Shown one piece after another: positions 8,828 to 18,541 of a stretch of DNA of 52,949 nucleotides (positions are counted from its first letter, which is position 1; every line of letters starts with the position of its first letter). A program made the position numbers and the translations under genes. The stretch comes from a virus (lineage: Duplodnaviria; Caudoviricetes), in IMG/VR virus record IMGVR_UViG_3300031841_001392, positions 1-52,949 of that record. One strand, written 5' to 3'. Under the pieces are notes generated by a model. The model ran no database searches. It saw only the letters and a list, made by a program, of their open reading frames with translations, and was not told the origin of the DNA.

Positions 8828-9415
8828 TTAAACGCCGAGCTTGGTTTCGTAAGCGTGGCTCAAAGGCAGATAGGTAACGATGCAGTCTGTGAATGCATCA
8901 CCTACGGTGCTTGATGGGCCATCTACGAAATCAACGACACGCAGTGGTAGTGTATTAGTCGTAGCGATAGAACCGCCGTCTAGGGCGTTCTTGCTTCGAC
9001 CGATTGAGGTTGATCCAGCAGTGTTAACCGCCGAGACGTTGTTTCCAAGGCCGGTTTGGGCAATAGCCTCATCAGCCTGCATACGGAACAACAACTTAGG
9101 ATCATCGACAACGTAAGCAACGATATCGTCAGCAGCCGTAGATGCTGGGAATTGTTGATTAAACGTCTTTTGGTTTGTTGATGGGTCTGTGTAAGCGCAG
9201 CCTACAAAGATCCCAACAGTGCCAGCAACAACAGACGTTGTTACAGCGGCTTTTTCAACGGTGCCAGCAGCAACCAATTTTACGAAATCGCCATAAAAAA
9301 TAGCAGTTCCGTAAGCGTTGGCGATCTTAATGTGACGAACCTTGCCCGTAAACGAGCCGCTCGCACTTAAGGTATCAACTGGTTCAGCACCCATAGGGGT
9401 TGCAACGGTAGCCAT
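8828..9415 (-). CDS. Capsid cement / minor capsid protein
   Basis: AIFYGDFVKL...VGIFVGCAYTDP...AYVVDDP; immediately upstream of MCP; GAGGAGG RBS. Confidence 0.65.
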   Translation of the reverse strand: MATVATPMGAEPVDTLSASGSFTGKVRHIKIANAYGTAIFYGDFVKLVAAGTVEKAAVTTSVVAGTVGIFVGCAYTDPSTNQKTFNQQFPASTAADDIVAYVVDDPKLLFRMQADEAIAQTGLGNNVSAVNTAGSTSIGRSKNALDGGSIATTNTLPLRVVDFVDGPSSTVGDAFTDCIVTYLPLSHAYETKLGV

Positions 9416-9456
9416 AATGGCCTCCTCAAGTTAATCAACCAACCCCTTGCCAGAGG

Positions 9457-9912
9457 TTAGTCCTTACCAAATGAAGACACCCGTGTGCTTCGCTCAGGAT
9501 TAAGCAGCGGCATACGAGGGTCATTTTCGCGCAAGAAATTATTGTCCACGGACTGCATTTGATTATCAGCAACCTGCTCAAAGTGCTTGGTGCGAGCATC
9601 CATTCTGGCTTTATCAGCCTTACACAGAAGCAAACCACCAACCTCAATATTGCCCTCAAACTGAGATCCAACATCAGAAGCCAACATAAGCTCAGGATGA
9701 TCTTCGGCCTTTACAGGCTGCCAGCCTTCTCTGAACATTCTGGACACATGAACATTGTCTGATTCACCAAGAGTCTTGGTTCTTATCCAGCGAAACACCC
9801 ACCCATCTTGTGGCTTAGGGTCTGGAAGGATAGAAGCCGGAATCCATGAATCACTAGGTCTTGCAGACGCATCTCGCGTCTCGTTTTCTCTAGGTGTGCG
9901 CTCTTCAGTCAC
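9457..9912 (-). CDS. Conserved head-module protein
   Basis: LPDPKPQDGWVFRWIR...REGWQPV...IEVGGLLLCK. Confidence 0.7.
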   Translation of the reverse strand: MTEERTPRENETRDASARPSDSWIPASILPDPKPQDGWVFRWIRTKTLGESDNVHVSRMFREGWQPVKAEDHPELMLASDVGSQFEGNIEVGGLLLCKADKARMDARTKHFEQVADNQMQSVDNNFLRENDPRMPLLNPERSTRVSSFGKD

Positions 9913-10964
9913 TGTTTGCCCTCCTTAATGAGTTGCATCGCGTACTGTTCATTGGTAAGCCCGATTCGCTTGGCGAGAGCAATCTGGCTGGACGTTAGCC
10001 GTACTTTGCGCGGTTTGGCACCATTGCTCCTTGAGGAGGGTGCCACCACCGACGAGGGCTGATTAGCAGTCACGGGCGCGTTACGTCCATATGTATCGCT
10101 AGAGTCCTGCCAATCATAATCTGGGAATGCACTACGCATTCTTGAATCTATTCGTTGAAAATATTCAGGAGAGTTTGGTGCGACACCCTCCTGAACAGCT
10201 TTAGCATGAGCGCCGTAAGCAAGGCTTGTCATTTCTTCAAACCCCGGCTTCATAAACCACTCATTGCGAGAAGCCCAGTCTTGGGCCTCTGGCTCAACAG
10301 AGGGTTGTTGCGCCTGCTGCTGCGCTACAGCTTGTTCTCTTGCAAGCTGCTGCTGATAAACCTGTTGTTGATAAGCGTCATCCGCTACCGTGACAGGCTT
10401 GTTTGCGAGGCTTTGCTCATACTTACTGGCCTCTTGAAGCTCAGACTGCGCTCTCATTAAGCTTTCCTGAGCGGCAACTACGTTATCCGTATCACCCTCT
10501 TCGTAAGCTTTCTTGTACTCCTGCCTAGCAGATTCCAATGATAACTGAGCTTTGTCTTTAATCTGGCTGATCAAGGCCGCTTCACCGCGATTGATCAAAG
10601 ATTCATACTCTTTGTTCTTTGCGGTAACCGCTTGAGCGTAACTCACAGCCTCTTCACGAAGGCGCTCTGCCGCTTCTCGCTGTCGGCGCTCCTCGTTTTG
10701 TTCGTACCTAAGCTTGTTTATTCGCTTCTGTACACGCTCACTGTACCCAGAGAGTTCATCGTCATCGATATCGCTATCTGACGAACTAGCCTTTGGTGCG
10801 CGACGATCCTCTTCTGGGCGATCATCAACAATCTCTAACTCTAAGTCAGGATCAGTGATCGCCTCTTCGTTATCTGATGAGCGACCAATAGTTGTCTTTA
10901 CGCCGAAAAACTTATCCTCGGCTGAAGACTCTTGGAATCCCATCTCTTCTTGCATTTCGCTCAT
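9909..10964 (-). CDS. Capsid scaffolding protein
   Basis: Acidic N-terminus, long coiled coil (YSERVQKRINKL), C-terminal VRLTSSQIALAKRIGLTNEQYA; lies between portal and MCP. Confidence 0.75.
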   Translation of the reverse strand: MSEMQEEMGFQESSAEDKFFGVKTTIGRSSDNEEAITDPDLELEIVDDRPEEDRRAPKASSSDSDIDDDELSGYSERVQKRINKLRYEQNEERRQREAAERLREEAVSYAQAVTAKNKEYESLINRGEAALISQIKDKAQLSLESARQEYKKAYEEGDTDNVVAAQESLMRAQSELQEASKYEQSLANKPVTVADDAYQQQVYQQQLAREQAVAQQQAQQPSVEPEAQDWASRNEWFMKPGFEEMTSLAYGAHAKAVQEGVAPNSPEYFQRIDSRMRSAFPDYDWQDSSDTYGRNAPVTANQPSSVVAPSSRSNGAKPRKVRLTSSQIALAKRIGLTNEQYAMQLIKEGKQ

Positions 10965-11356
10965 ACCTTAACAATCCCCCTTGGATCTTCTACAACGGCT
11001 TCAACGCTATCGTCATTAATCAAACGGAACTCTTTGTCGTGAACCTTGAATCGTGTGCCAGAATAAGACCGCATTAAAATGAAGTCGCCTTCTTTGCAAG
11101 ACGGGCCGGATGGAAACCGCTGTGAGTCGCTGTATGCGTCTGGGCCTAATGCTAAGACCAGACCGACAATAGAGCCTACCTCTTCGTTGTGCAGGGTTTC
11201 AGTGGCTTTCAGTATGCCACCAGCCGTCTTTTCTTCAGGTTCAGGTAAAGCAATAAGTATTTTGTAACCTCTGGGTTGAGGCAACTGTTTTGCTTTGCGT
11301 GACTGCTCATCCCCTTCGGGGGCTGCGTCATCGTTAATTGCTAATGATTCGCTCAT
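10961..11356 (-). CDS. groES: GroES-like co-chaperonin
   Basis: PQPRGYKILI...EEKTAGGI...VLALGPDAY...GDFILMRSYSGTRF...FRLINDDSVEAVV. Start set at ATG 11356 (AGGA RBS) rather than 11401. Confidence 0.85.
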   Translation of the reverse strand: MSESLAINDDAAPEGDEQSRKAKQLPQPRGYKILIALPEPEEKTAGGILKATETLHNEEVGSIVGLVLALGPDAYSDSQRFPSGPSCKEGDFILMRSYSGTRFKVHDKEFRLINDDSVEAVVEDPRGIVKV

Positions 11357-11404
11357 TAGTAGTCCTATGCACTGGAAAAAAGCGTCCAGAGTCGCTTGCA
11401 CCGC

Positions 11405-11614
11405 TTATGCGGAGAAATCTTCCTCTACCTTGGCCTGCATATCCAAAAGCTCTCGCTCTGCGATAGCCAAGCCTTCAATAATTCCAACACATTTTGAGTA
11501 TTCACTATAATCTTTACACGCGCCACCACTTATATGATCGGCGTACTCATTCATCTGATTACGCAGTGTTTGCCTGTAATACTCAAAACTGTTTACAGAG
11601 GATACACTACTCAC
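11405..11614 (-). CDS. Small conserved protein downstream of portal
   Basis: GACKDYSEYSKCVGIIEGL motif; GTG start overlapping the portal end. Confidence 0.7.
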   Translation of the reverse strand: MSSVSSVNSFEYYRQTLRNQMNEYADHISGGACKDYSEYSKCVGIIEGLAIAERELLDMQAKVEEDFSA

Positions 11615-14081
11615 CCTCTAAGTCCTTAGCTATTTCTCTGCCAATCTTAAATCCTTCCAACTGCTCCTTGGATACAATCTTGCGCTCTTCAAGCTCTTCT
11701 TTGGAGTTGTTTTCGGCAATGCTTGCTGCCAGTTTGGCTTGAGCCAAACGAGCATCCTGCTCCAGCCTATCCCTTTGTAGCTGAGAGTTGCTGGCAGCTT
11801 TTTGCATATCAAGCTGTATCTTAGCCATCTCGGTTTGAGCTTTGGTCTGAGCCTGCATCTCTTTGATTTGTAACTCTTTTTGCTGCATCTGAACAATAGG
11901 ATCTTGAGCTTGTTGTTGAGCCTGCTTAGCTTGAGCCTCTTGCTGATTCTTGCCGGTAAGCTGTTCGGCAGCAGGAGCAACAAGCCTAGAGATTCTAAAC
12001 TCAATATCTTCTGGCAACGCTGTATCAGGCGGCGGTAGCTCGACACCAAGCTGCTTTTCGATCTCCATTCGGTACTGAAACGCCAAGTGTTCTTGAATAT
12101 GTGCCGCCAACGCTGCACCAGCCTTCTGTGCGTTTGGACTCTTTGACATGATCTCCATGATCTTGGGGTCTTCGATCATCGCCTTGTGAGCAGTGATGTG
12201 CGCCTCATGGTCTTGGTAGATAAACGCCTTAACAGGTTCGCTGTTAATGATGTTCATGTTTTCAGACACCGGATCTGTAGGCTGCATATCGCCCTCTAGA
12301 GGCACGATCTTATCTGCATCCCTTATGTTCAGTATTTCCAGCATCTGACGGTGCAGCAATGGCAGGTCATACATGTCGGGCGACTGCTGCGCTAGTTGCA
12401 GGGCCGCTTGATACTGCATGATCCTTTGCGCCATCGTTCCAGCATTAGGATCACTGACGGGGATAATATCGACACGGTCATCAAAGTCTTCACGGGTAAG
12501 CGCGGGGCCGTCTTCATCGTATGGATACTCTTGAGGCCCAAAGTCCTTTACGACATTGGACAGCAAGCGCAGTTCTATACGCATAGAGGCGTGTAGACGC
12601 GCTTGAACCGCGCTCATCACCTTCATAGAGCGTTCTAGGATGGCTAATGTGGTGCCAACTGGCGCTTCTGCATTCATATCGGCTGCTTTTACGTCGGCAG
12701 CGGAGGCAAAACGCCGTCCCTCCTCTACAATATCGCCCATAAGCTGGTACAAGACTGTGCTTGGCTCTTTGTAGGGCAAAAATCTGATGTTATCTTGGAT
12801 TGTGCCGCCCGGAACGTCCACATCGCGGAATTCTCCCGGCATAATCGGCGTATCATCGCCTTTAATTCTCAATCCTCTCGACTTTAGGCCGCCCGGAAGG
12901 TTGGCTAACGTGCCAGCGTCCACTAATTGACGCAAAAGCGAGGTTGCTGACTTGGCTAGGCCGCCAATCATGTGGATTAAGCCGAATCCGTAGAATCCCA
13001 GCCCCGGCATGTACTGATAATGCACAAAATGTTGCCGTTTAAGCTTGCGTTGATCCTCTTCGTACCAGTTTCTGCGGATGGATAGCACTGTTCTAGAGCT
13101 AAGATCGATGCTGACAACGTATGGAAGGGCTATTCCAGTAGGTTCGCCGTTATCTGTGTCTTCAAAACCTTCCAAATCAAGGTCAACCATCATCTCTAGG
13201 ATGGTATGCCTGCTGTCACCGTCGTAACTAGGCTCATCGCCGGTCAGTTCGTTGTATTTATCCTTGATTCTGTCGTAGCTGTCTGCGGCTGGTGACGCAT
13301 CTCCTAGCTCAACGTCAGCATAAAAGCCTGAAATCTGTAATTTTCGCACCTCATTACTGGTGCGCTTCATGATATGAGTGGCTCGTTCACACGTTTCGAG
13401 GTCTGAAGCCCCGTAACTCACGACAAAATCTTCAGCAGGGACAAACATGCTGCAAGGTCGTCCCATTGATGGGTCGTAATACACCTTTCTAAAGGCGCTA
13501 CCCGCCAATGGAAGAGAAAAAAGCATCCGTTCCGTCTCTGCGCGGTACTCGGTCATCTTCTCAGTGAGCAAGTAGTTCAGATAATCTTGAACTCTGTGCG
13601 CTTGCTTCTCTCTTTCGTCATCTACTTTGCCAACAATCGATGTTTTTACCGGCCCACTGGCTGGAAATATCTCTTGTATGGCTTGTGACTGGAAGCGAAT
13701 TACCGATTCTGTAAGCAATGGGTGGAATACGCCACAAGCACCGTCCCAAGGGGTGGTGCGCTCTTCATGCTTTAAGCCTAAAAGATCAAGGCCTTCGATA
13801 TAAGACCGCTCCCAGTCGGCTCGACTTTCCTTATCTGCACGAAAAGAGCCGATAAGGTCGTTTGCCATTGAGTAGAGATCAGCCTCATCAATCAGTTCGG
13901 CTAGATTGGAGTCATGCGGAACGCCTGCGTTCTGCAAATCGTCCTCATCGAACTCAAAAATTGTTTCACCACCCGCTGCAATAGAGACGGATTCTGGATC
14001 TACAATCTCTATCTCTAACGCTTCTTCCTCCATCCCTGCCATAACAGGGGTGGGGGTTGCCAACGGGCGGTCAATAGCCAT
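11607..14081 (-). CDS. Portal protein (P22-like)
   Basis: 824 aa; SRADWERSY, PWDGACGVFHPLL, GSAFRKVYYD, GFYGFGLIH, RQLVDAGTLANLP; Q-rich C-terminal barrel. Confidence 0.9.
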   Translation of the reverse strand: MAIDRPLATPTPVMAGMEEEALEIEIVDPESVSIAAGGETIFEFDEDDLQNAGVPHDSNLAELIDEADLYSMANDLIGSFRADKESRADWERSYIEGLDLLGLKHEERTTPWDGACGVFHPLLTESVIRFQSQAIQEIFPASGPVKTSIVGKVDDEREKQAHRVQDYLNYLLTEKMTEYRAETERMLFSLPLAGSAFRKVYYDPSMGRPCSMFVPAEDFVVSYGASDLETCERATHIMKRTSNEVRKLQISGFYADVELGDASPAADSYDRIKDKYNELTGDEPSYDGDSRHTILEMMVDLDLEGFEDTDNGEPTGIALPYVVSIDLSSRTVLSIRRNWYEEDQRKLKRQHFVHYQYMPGLGFYGFGLIHMIGGLAKSATSLLRQLVDAGTLANLPGGLKSRGLRIKGDDTPIMPGEFRDVDVPGGTIQDNIRFLPYKEPSTVLYQLMGDIVEEGRRFASAADVKAADMNAEAPVGTTLAILERSMKVMSAVQARLHASMRIELRLLSNVVKDFGPQEYPYDEDGPALTREDFDDRVDIIPVSDPNAGTMAQRIMQYQAALQLAQQSPDMYDLPLLHRQMLEILNIRDADKIVPLEGDMQPTDPVSENMNIINSEPVKAFIYQDHEAHITAHKAMIEDPKIMEIMSKSPNAQKAGAALAAHIQEHLAFQYRMEIEKQLGVELPPPDTALPEDIEFRISRLVAPAAEQLTGKNQQEAQAKQAQQQAQDPIVQMQQKELQIKEMQAQTKAQTEMAKIQLDMQKAASNSQLQRDRLEQDARLAQAKLAASIAENNSKEELEERKIVSKEQLEGFKIGREIAKDLEGE

Positions 14082-14393
14082 CTATCCATTCTTCCCAAAC
14101 TTTTGAGAACGAGCAGCACCAGAGCCTCTGGCAACACCGCCGCCTTCCATCTTCTTGATTTTGGTGACACCGCCTGCTGCGTACATCTTTGAACTCATAC
14201 GCATCTTATTTGGCATGTTGTTTGGCATCTTTCCGCCAGCTTGGGCAAGAAACGCAGGAACCATTTCGCCGTCTTTTTCTGCCATCGGCATTTTGCCGCC
14301 ACCAGCATAGCCCTTAGACTTCATTTTGCCGCCACCGGCATAGCCTTTGGACTTCATCTTACCGCCAGCCATCATTCCTTTAGACTTCTTCAT
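14082..14393 (-). CDS. Small basic protein built of (M/Y)AGG repeats
   Basis: GGAGG RBS before ATG 14393; 33-bp tandem repeats encoding GKMKSKGYAGG. Confidence 0.7.
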   Translation of the reverse strand: MKKSKGMMAGGKMKSKGYAGGGKMKSKGYAGGGKMPMAEKDGEMVPAFLAQAGGKMPNNMPNKMRMSSKMYAAGGVTKIKKMEGGGVARGSGAARSQKFGKNG

Positions 14394-15069
14394 CGGAATC
14401 CTCCGCATATAAATTATCAAAAACCCTGTTCACATCCAGCGTGTAATCCAAATCCGACTTGCTGTAATGAATATGTTGAGACGGGCGAAAATCTGGTGCG
14501 CCCTCTCCTGTTTCAAACCAAGCTGGGTGAGTCACCCTAACTCGATTATTCGGTAACGCTACTATGTTCCCTGTATACGGGCCTGCCTCTAGTAGCTCCA
14601 TCACATGACTCTGCTTGTGTTGTGCGGGGTCATCTGCAATTTCGTTGTCTGTGTAGTCTACAGTAAACATGTACTTAGCAGGGTAGAACTCTCCGTCCAC
14701 CTTTGCCAGCCACGGACAGGGTGATGCCCTCTCCAACACATATACCGAATGATCCCGTGATGAGCAATCCCAAGGTTGCGCTGCATATACAGGCATCGGC
14801 TCAGGCCATTCCTCAAAAGGTGTGTCGCCTACCAGTGCGGTGATTGGCATTCTTGCCCACATCGCCCCGCCATGAACATTGGGTTCGTCGGTGTCGTATG
14901 TCTCTGCACCAGTAAATATCAACTGAAAACTCAGGCATCGCTTTGGCATTGTCGTGACAGCAATTGCCATCGCGTGAACAAATTCACCGTGATACTTAGT
15001 GTGATTGTGCGTGTATTCTTTTCTCACCCAGCACTTAAAGTACGGGATGTTGCTTTGAAGATATGGCAT
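14380..15069 (-). CDS. Conserved phage protein of unknown function
   Basis: YLQSNIPYFKCWVRKEY...HGGAMWARMPITAL...QPWDC...QHKQSH...ALPNNRVR. Confidence 0.75.
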   Translation of the reverse strand: MPYLQSNIPYFKCWVRKEYTHNHTKYHGEFVHAMAIAVTTMPKRCLSFQLIFTGAETYDTDEPNVHGGAMWARMPITALVGDTPFEEWPEPMPVYAAQPWDCSSRDHSVYVLERASPCPWLAKVDGEFYPAKYMFTVDYTDNEIADDPAQHKQSHVMELLEAGPYTGNIVALPNNRVRVTHPAWFETGEGAPDFRPSQHIHYSKSDLDYTLDVNRVFDNLYAEDSDEEV

Positions 15070-15261
15070 CTATCTAGGCTTTGCCGTCCCATCCATTCTG
15101 ACCCTGCCGCCCTTCTTCATGTCTTTAACTTCTTGATTTTTTGGAGGATCTAGCGGAGCAATATTTTTCTTCTTTGTTACTGGAGACTCTAGCGGAGCGA
15201 TATTTTTTTTCTTTGTTATTGAAGGCTCCAGAGGAGCAATCTTTTTCTTCTTACTGGTCAT
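15070..15261 (-). CDS. 63-aa basic protein with 3x13-aa repeat and MKKGG motif
   Basis: KKKxIAPL(E/D) three times (39-bp period); coupled to terL stop. Confidence 0.65.
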   Translation of the reverse strand: MTSKKKKIAPLEPSITKKKNIAPLESPVTKKKNIAPLDPPKNQEVKDMKKGGRVRMDGTAKPR

Positions 15262-16772
15262 TAGTAATAACTCGCTTTCCTTGGATAAAAAGGTTCGTCC
15301 TCTTCATCACTAAGTAGTCGTAAGAACCCGCCCTGCCTAAATCGTAGCAATGCCTGTGTAGAGGAGTCTACAAGGTCATCATGCTCACCGGCAGGAAAGG
15401 CAGCAAACTCTTCTACAACCTCTTCGGCAAACCGTGTGTTAGGCCGCCATACATTGCCAGAGGCAAACAAGTCAGATACTGCGTTTACACGGCTGATCTT
15501 ATCGTTGCCCCTAGACGGGGTGTATTCCGCAACTGGTATGCCCATCGCTCGTAGCTCAAAGATCAGCGGCGTACCCGCTGCTTTAGCTTCTACAATACAA
15601 GCATCTGGCTCCCAGTAGCCGTAAAACTCATAGGCTTTCTTTTTAAGCTCAGGAAACTCTAACCGCTCTTTATGGGCATCAAGCAGGATTATGTTCGCCT
15701 GCATAGTGCCGTTGTCATCTGGGTGGTAAAACACGCCCCATGTCGTACAGGCAGAGAAATCTGATCGCTGAGTCTTAAGGAATGCCGTATCCCAAGACTG
15801 GATAATAAACTCGCATTCAGGCGGCACATCACTGTCCCACTCGCGCCACCACTCCCTTTTCACCAGAGCGCCCTCTTCTGAGGTTGGGTTCTGCTGATAC
15901 TGGGCATTCCACTTGGGGGCGGGTAATTCGTTGCGTAGCGACTCAAGCTCTTCTAGAGGCCAGAACTGAGGCCATAGCGACTTGCCTGACGGCATGATTG
16001 CCGGGAACTCAATCACTTCCCATTCATCTGTACCAGCCCGTTGCACTGAGGACTTGATAATCTGCCCTGTCAGGTCACGTTTGTGCCATCGGGTCATAAC
16101 AACGATGATCGCGCCTCCCGGCTGTAAACGCTGTCTAGGCCCGGAGGTATACCACTCGTAAACCTTGTCGAACACACCGGGGTCGGCACTTTGCCCTTCT
16201 TGCTCTGAATGCGGGTCATCAATGATCAACAGATCCGCACCCTTACCAGTCACAGCACCGCCAACACCAATAGCGAAGTATTCGCCGCCTTGTGTGGTAC
16301 TCCACCGGCCTGCGGCCTTGGAATCTGCCCGTAAACCCAAAGTGGGGAAAACCTGCTTGTAGTCATCACTGTCTACTAGGTTACGAACCTTGCGACCAAA
16401 ACCAACCGACAACTCTGCGGTGTGGGCAGTCTGAATGATCTTCTTCTCAGGAAAATTACCTAGAAACCAAGCAGGGAGTAAGTACGAAGCAAACTCTGAC
16501 TTAGTGTGCCGTGGTGGCATATTGATTATCAGACGCTTCAACTCGCCACGGGCAACACGCTCAAAAGCATCCCCCATGATCTTGTGATGTCTGCCCTCAA
16601 TAAACGCAGGCCATACACGCTTTATAAACGGCATGAACCCATCACGGGCCAATTCCTTAGCTTCAGCGGCCTCTAACTCTTCAATAAGAGCCAGCATCTC
16701 GCGCTGCTCATGCTCAGGTAAATTAGGGATCTTCTTGAGAAGTTCTGGGTCTACTCTGTCAAGAATCGGCAT
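15261..16772 (-). CDS. terL: Terminase large subunit
   Basis: INMPPRHTKSE Walker A-like, LLIIDDPH Walker B, VMTRWH, QSWDTA and HDDLVDS nuclease motifs. Confidence 0.95.
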   Translation of the reverse strand: MPILDRVDPELLKKIPNLPEHEQREMLALIEELEAAEAKELARDGFMPFIKRVWPAFIEGRHHKIMGDAFERVARGELKRLIINMPPRHTKSEFASYLLPAWFLGNFPEKKIIQTAHTAELSVGFGRKVRNLVDSDDYKQVFPTLGLRADSKAAGRWSTTQGGEYFAIGVGGAVTGKGADLLIIDDPHSEQEGQSADPGVFDKVYEWYTSGPRQRLQPGGAIIVVMTRWHKRDLTGQIIKSSVQRAGTDEWEVIEFPAIMPSGKSLWPQFWPLEELESLRNELPAPKWNAQYQQNPTSEEGALVKREWWREWDSDVPPECEFIIQSWDTAFLKTQRSDFSACTTWGVFYHPDDNGTMQANIILLDAHKERLEFPELKKKAYEFYGYWEPDACIVEAKAAGTPLIFELRAMGIPVAEYTPSRGNDKISRVNAVSDLFASGNVWRPNTRFAEEVVEEFAAFPAGEHDDLVDSSTQALLRFRQGGFLRLLSDEEDEPFYPRKASYY

Positions 16773-16780
16773 AAACCCCT

Positions 16781-16912
16781 CTAGGAATATTCCCGTCTAG
16801 GAAGATTCCTCTCTCATGTATATACCTAAAATAATCATGTATCTGCCGTGGGGGGCACCTTCCTAGTAGGAATCTTCCTAGTAGGAATCTTCCTTACTCG
16901 GCATATTCCTAG
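16781..16912. promoter_or_regulatory. Cluster of AGGAA(T/G)MTTCCT palindromic sites upstream of terL
   Basis: CTAGGAATATTCCC 16781, CTAGGAAGATTCCT 16797, TAGGAATCTTCCTAG 16867, TAGGAATCTTCCT 16882, GGCATATTCCTA 16900. Confidence 0.7.
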
Positions 16913-17251
16913 AGAGAGGAATAACTGATTATACAGAAGCTACACACTTGACAAGAATGAGGCAACACCATTTGTGATTTTTTTTGCAAAAATTTTTGGG
17001 GGCTAGGATTCCTACCCCGTTTCCCTGCAAAAAAAGGGGTCAGTACTGCTTACTGTTTACGGCATATATATTTTTTGGGTAATTGTTTGAGCGTTTCACT
17101 ATGTATATAGACGGTGGGTGTGTATATGCGTAGGGGGGGGTGGGGTGGTCGCAGGATGATAGACAGATTTGCTGAGAGGCGGGGGTGTGCTAACCGTTAG
17201 CATATGCTGTACTGCGTACACAAACCGTTGGGCTATGGTGTACTGTCTAAG

Positions 17252-17740
17252 CTAATGCAAACTGTCAGGCTTGGCCTCGTCATCAGCCTTGGCTTGGAGT
17301 GCTGCTAATCGGCGCTCTATCTCTGCCGCGACACTCGTGCTATCCCTGTCGCCACTGTTTGTCTCGACTACATCTTTGAACATGCCCACAGTCTGGCCCA
17401 GTAGCTGCGCTGCCTTGAGCTTGTTGGTATCGGTAGGCTCGGCACTGTCCATCCACTGGCGCAGCCGCTCCAGAACTTTCTCCCTGTCGCTGACCAGCGA
17501 GGCCGATACTGCACGTTCATTCTTCTCCCTTATCTGCTCCAGCAATAGGGTAATGGCAGGGTTGGCGGCGAGTCTGCTGGCTTCTGTCCTGATGGCTGCC
17601 GCGCTCATGTTCTCGCACTGGTACGCTTCCCTGTACGCATCACTTAAGCTCATGCCTGCACCACTACCCAGTGCCAGCGCAAAATGCCGCTGTTTGCTGG
17701 TGAGTCCTGACTTCGGTCTGCCCATGCTTGCCTGTTCCAA
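17252..17740 (-). CDS. terS: Terminase small subunit
   Basis: LTSKQRHFA...SDAYREAY...IRTEASRLAANPAI...KLKAAQLLGQTVGMF; start may be 17725 (MGRPK). Confidence 0.8.
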   Translation of the reverse strand: MEQASMGRPKSGLTSKQRHFALALGSGAGMSLSDAYREAYQCENMSAAAIRTEASRLAANPAITLLLEQIREKNERAVSASLVSDREKVLERLRQWMDSAEPTDTNKLKAAQLLGQTVGMFKDVVETNSGDRDSTSVAAEIERRLAALQAKADDEAKPDSLH

Positions 17741-17937
17741 TGCCTGTATTGGTGCCGATCATACTGCCGACGCACTGACCGTCCATCACCAGTACCCAGT
17801 AAACTATATGCACAAAAAGCTTGACATATCGTACTTGCCGCTAGGAGGCCCAGAATTGCGTTCTAAGCGACGTTTGGCCTAACCCATACCATCGCATTGC
17901 CTACCCCTCGAACTACGCTTAGACGGAAATTCGTATG

Positions 17938-17950
17938 TAACTTGTTGATT
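17938..17950 (-). promoter_or_regulatory. Putative IHF binding site
   Basis: Minus strand AATCAACAAGTTA matches WATCAANNNNTTR; lies in the non-coding gap between terS and the early promoter. Confidence 0.35.
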
Positions 17951-18166
17951 ACAAAGCACTTTATACTGCATACCAACTATTTACTGCTTATTTGCTTGTC
18001 AATACTTGTATTGCACACTGTTACCTGCTATTCGCGTGCGCGTTCCTCTTATCCCGAATTCATCCCCCTGCTTACCGTGTGGCGAGCCAATATCAAAAGG
18101 GCTAGTAATAAATCCCCGCACCACTCGTTGTATCTGCAAGCTTAATTATTTATTGCTTACAGGGTA

Positions 18167-18196
18167 TTGCGTACTGTTTTTATATGTGTGTAAAAT
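18167..18196 (+). promoter_or_regulatory. Sigma70-type early promoter
   Basis: TTGCGT-18 nt-TAAAAT with AT-rich upstream DNA, directly before the structured leader. Confidence 0.5.
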
Positions 18197-18202
18197 CCAC
18201 TC

Positions 18203-18528
18203 AAGCCCACGGGGGAGGCTTTCCCAATCCCCGCCAAGCCCCTCACGGGGTGCCTTGAGAGACAGGCTTAAATGTGAACCAAGTCTGGTAGGCCTACCGC
18301 CTACGCGACAGGGGTGCGTTATGAAACGCGCTGCGGGTCATAGAGGCCCAGCCCCTCCGGTAAGAGTCCGGCGCACCTACGGCGTTAAGCGATACACAAG
18401 TTCCCCGACAGGCATACAAATGCCGCTTGCGGTTCGGGCTATTGGCTGAGGTTTACCCCCTCAGCTACCGCAGAGCTTCGGCTCACCAATGACCACTCAC
18501 CGAGTGCTTATTGTTGATTCGATCAATT
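18203..18528 (+). ncRNA. Structured leader RNA of the early transcript, family unknown
   Basis: Dense hairpins, e.g. GCTGAGG/CCTCAGC 18445-18465 inside TGCGGT/ACCGCA, GAGC-TTCG-GCTC 18473-18484; no credible ORF. Confidence 0.5.
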
Positions 18529-18541
18529 TGGAGAAAGTGTG

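Noticed and set aside
573-16362. Numerous plus-strand ORFs opposite the structural genes (e.g. 2624-3358, 8377-8805)
   Set aside because: Antisense shadows of well-supported minus-strand genes, with no RBS context or recognisable motifs.
18006-18449. 147-aa ORF over the early promoter and leader
   Set aside because: TTG start without RBS, spans the predicted promoter, and the region is better explained as structured RNA.
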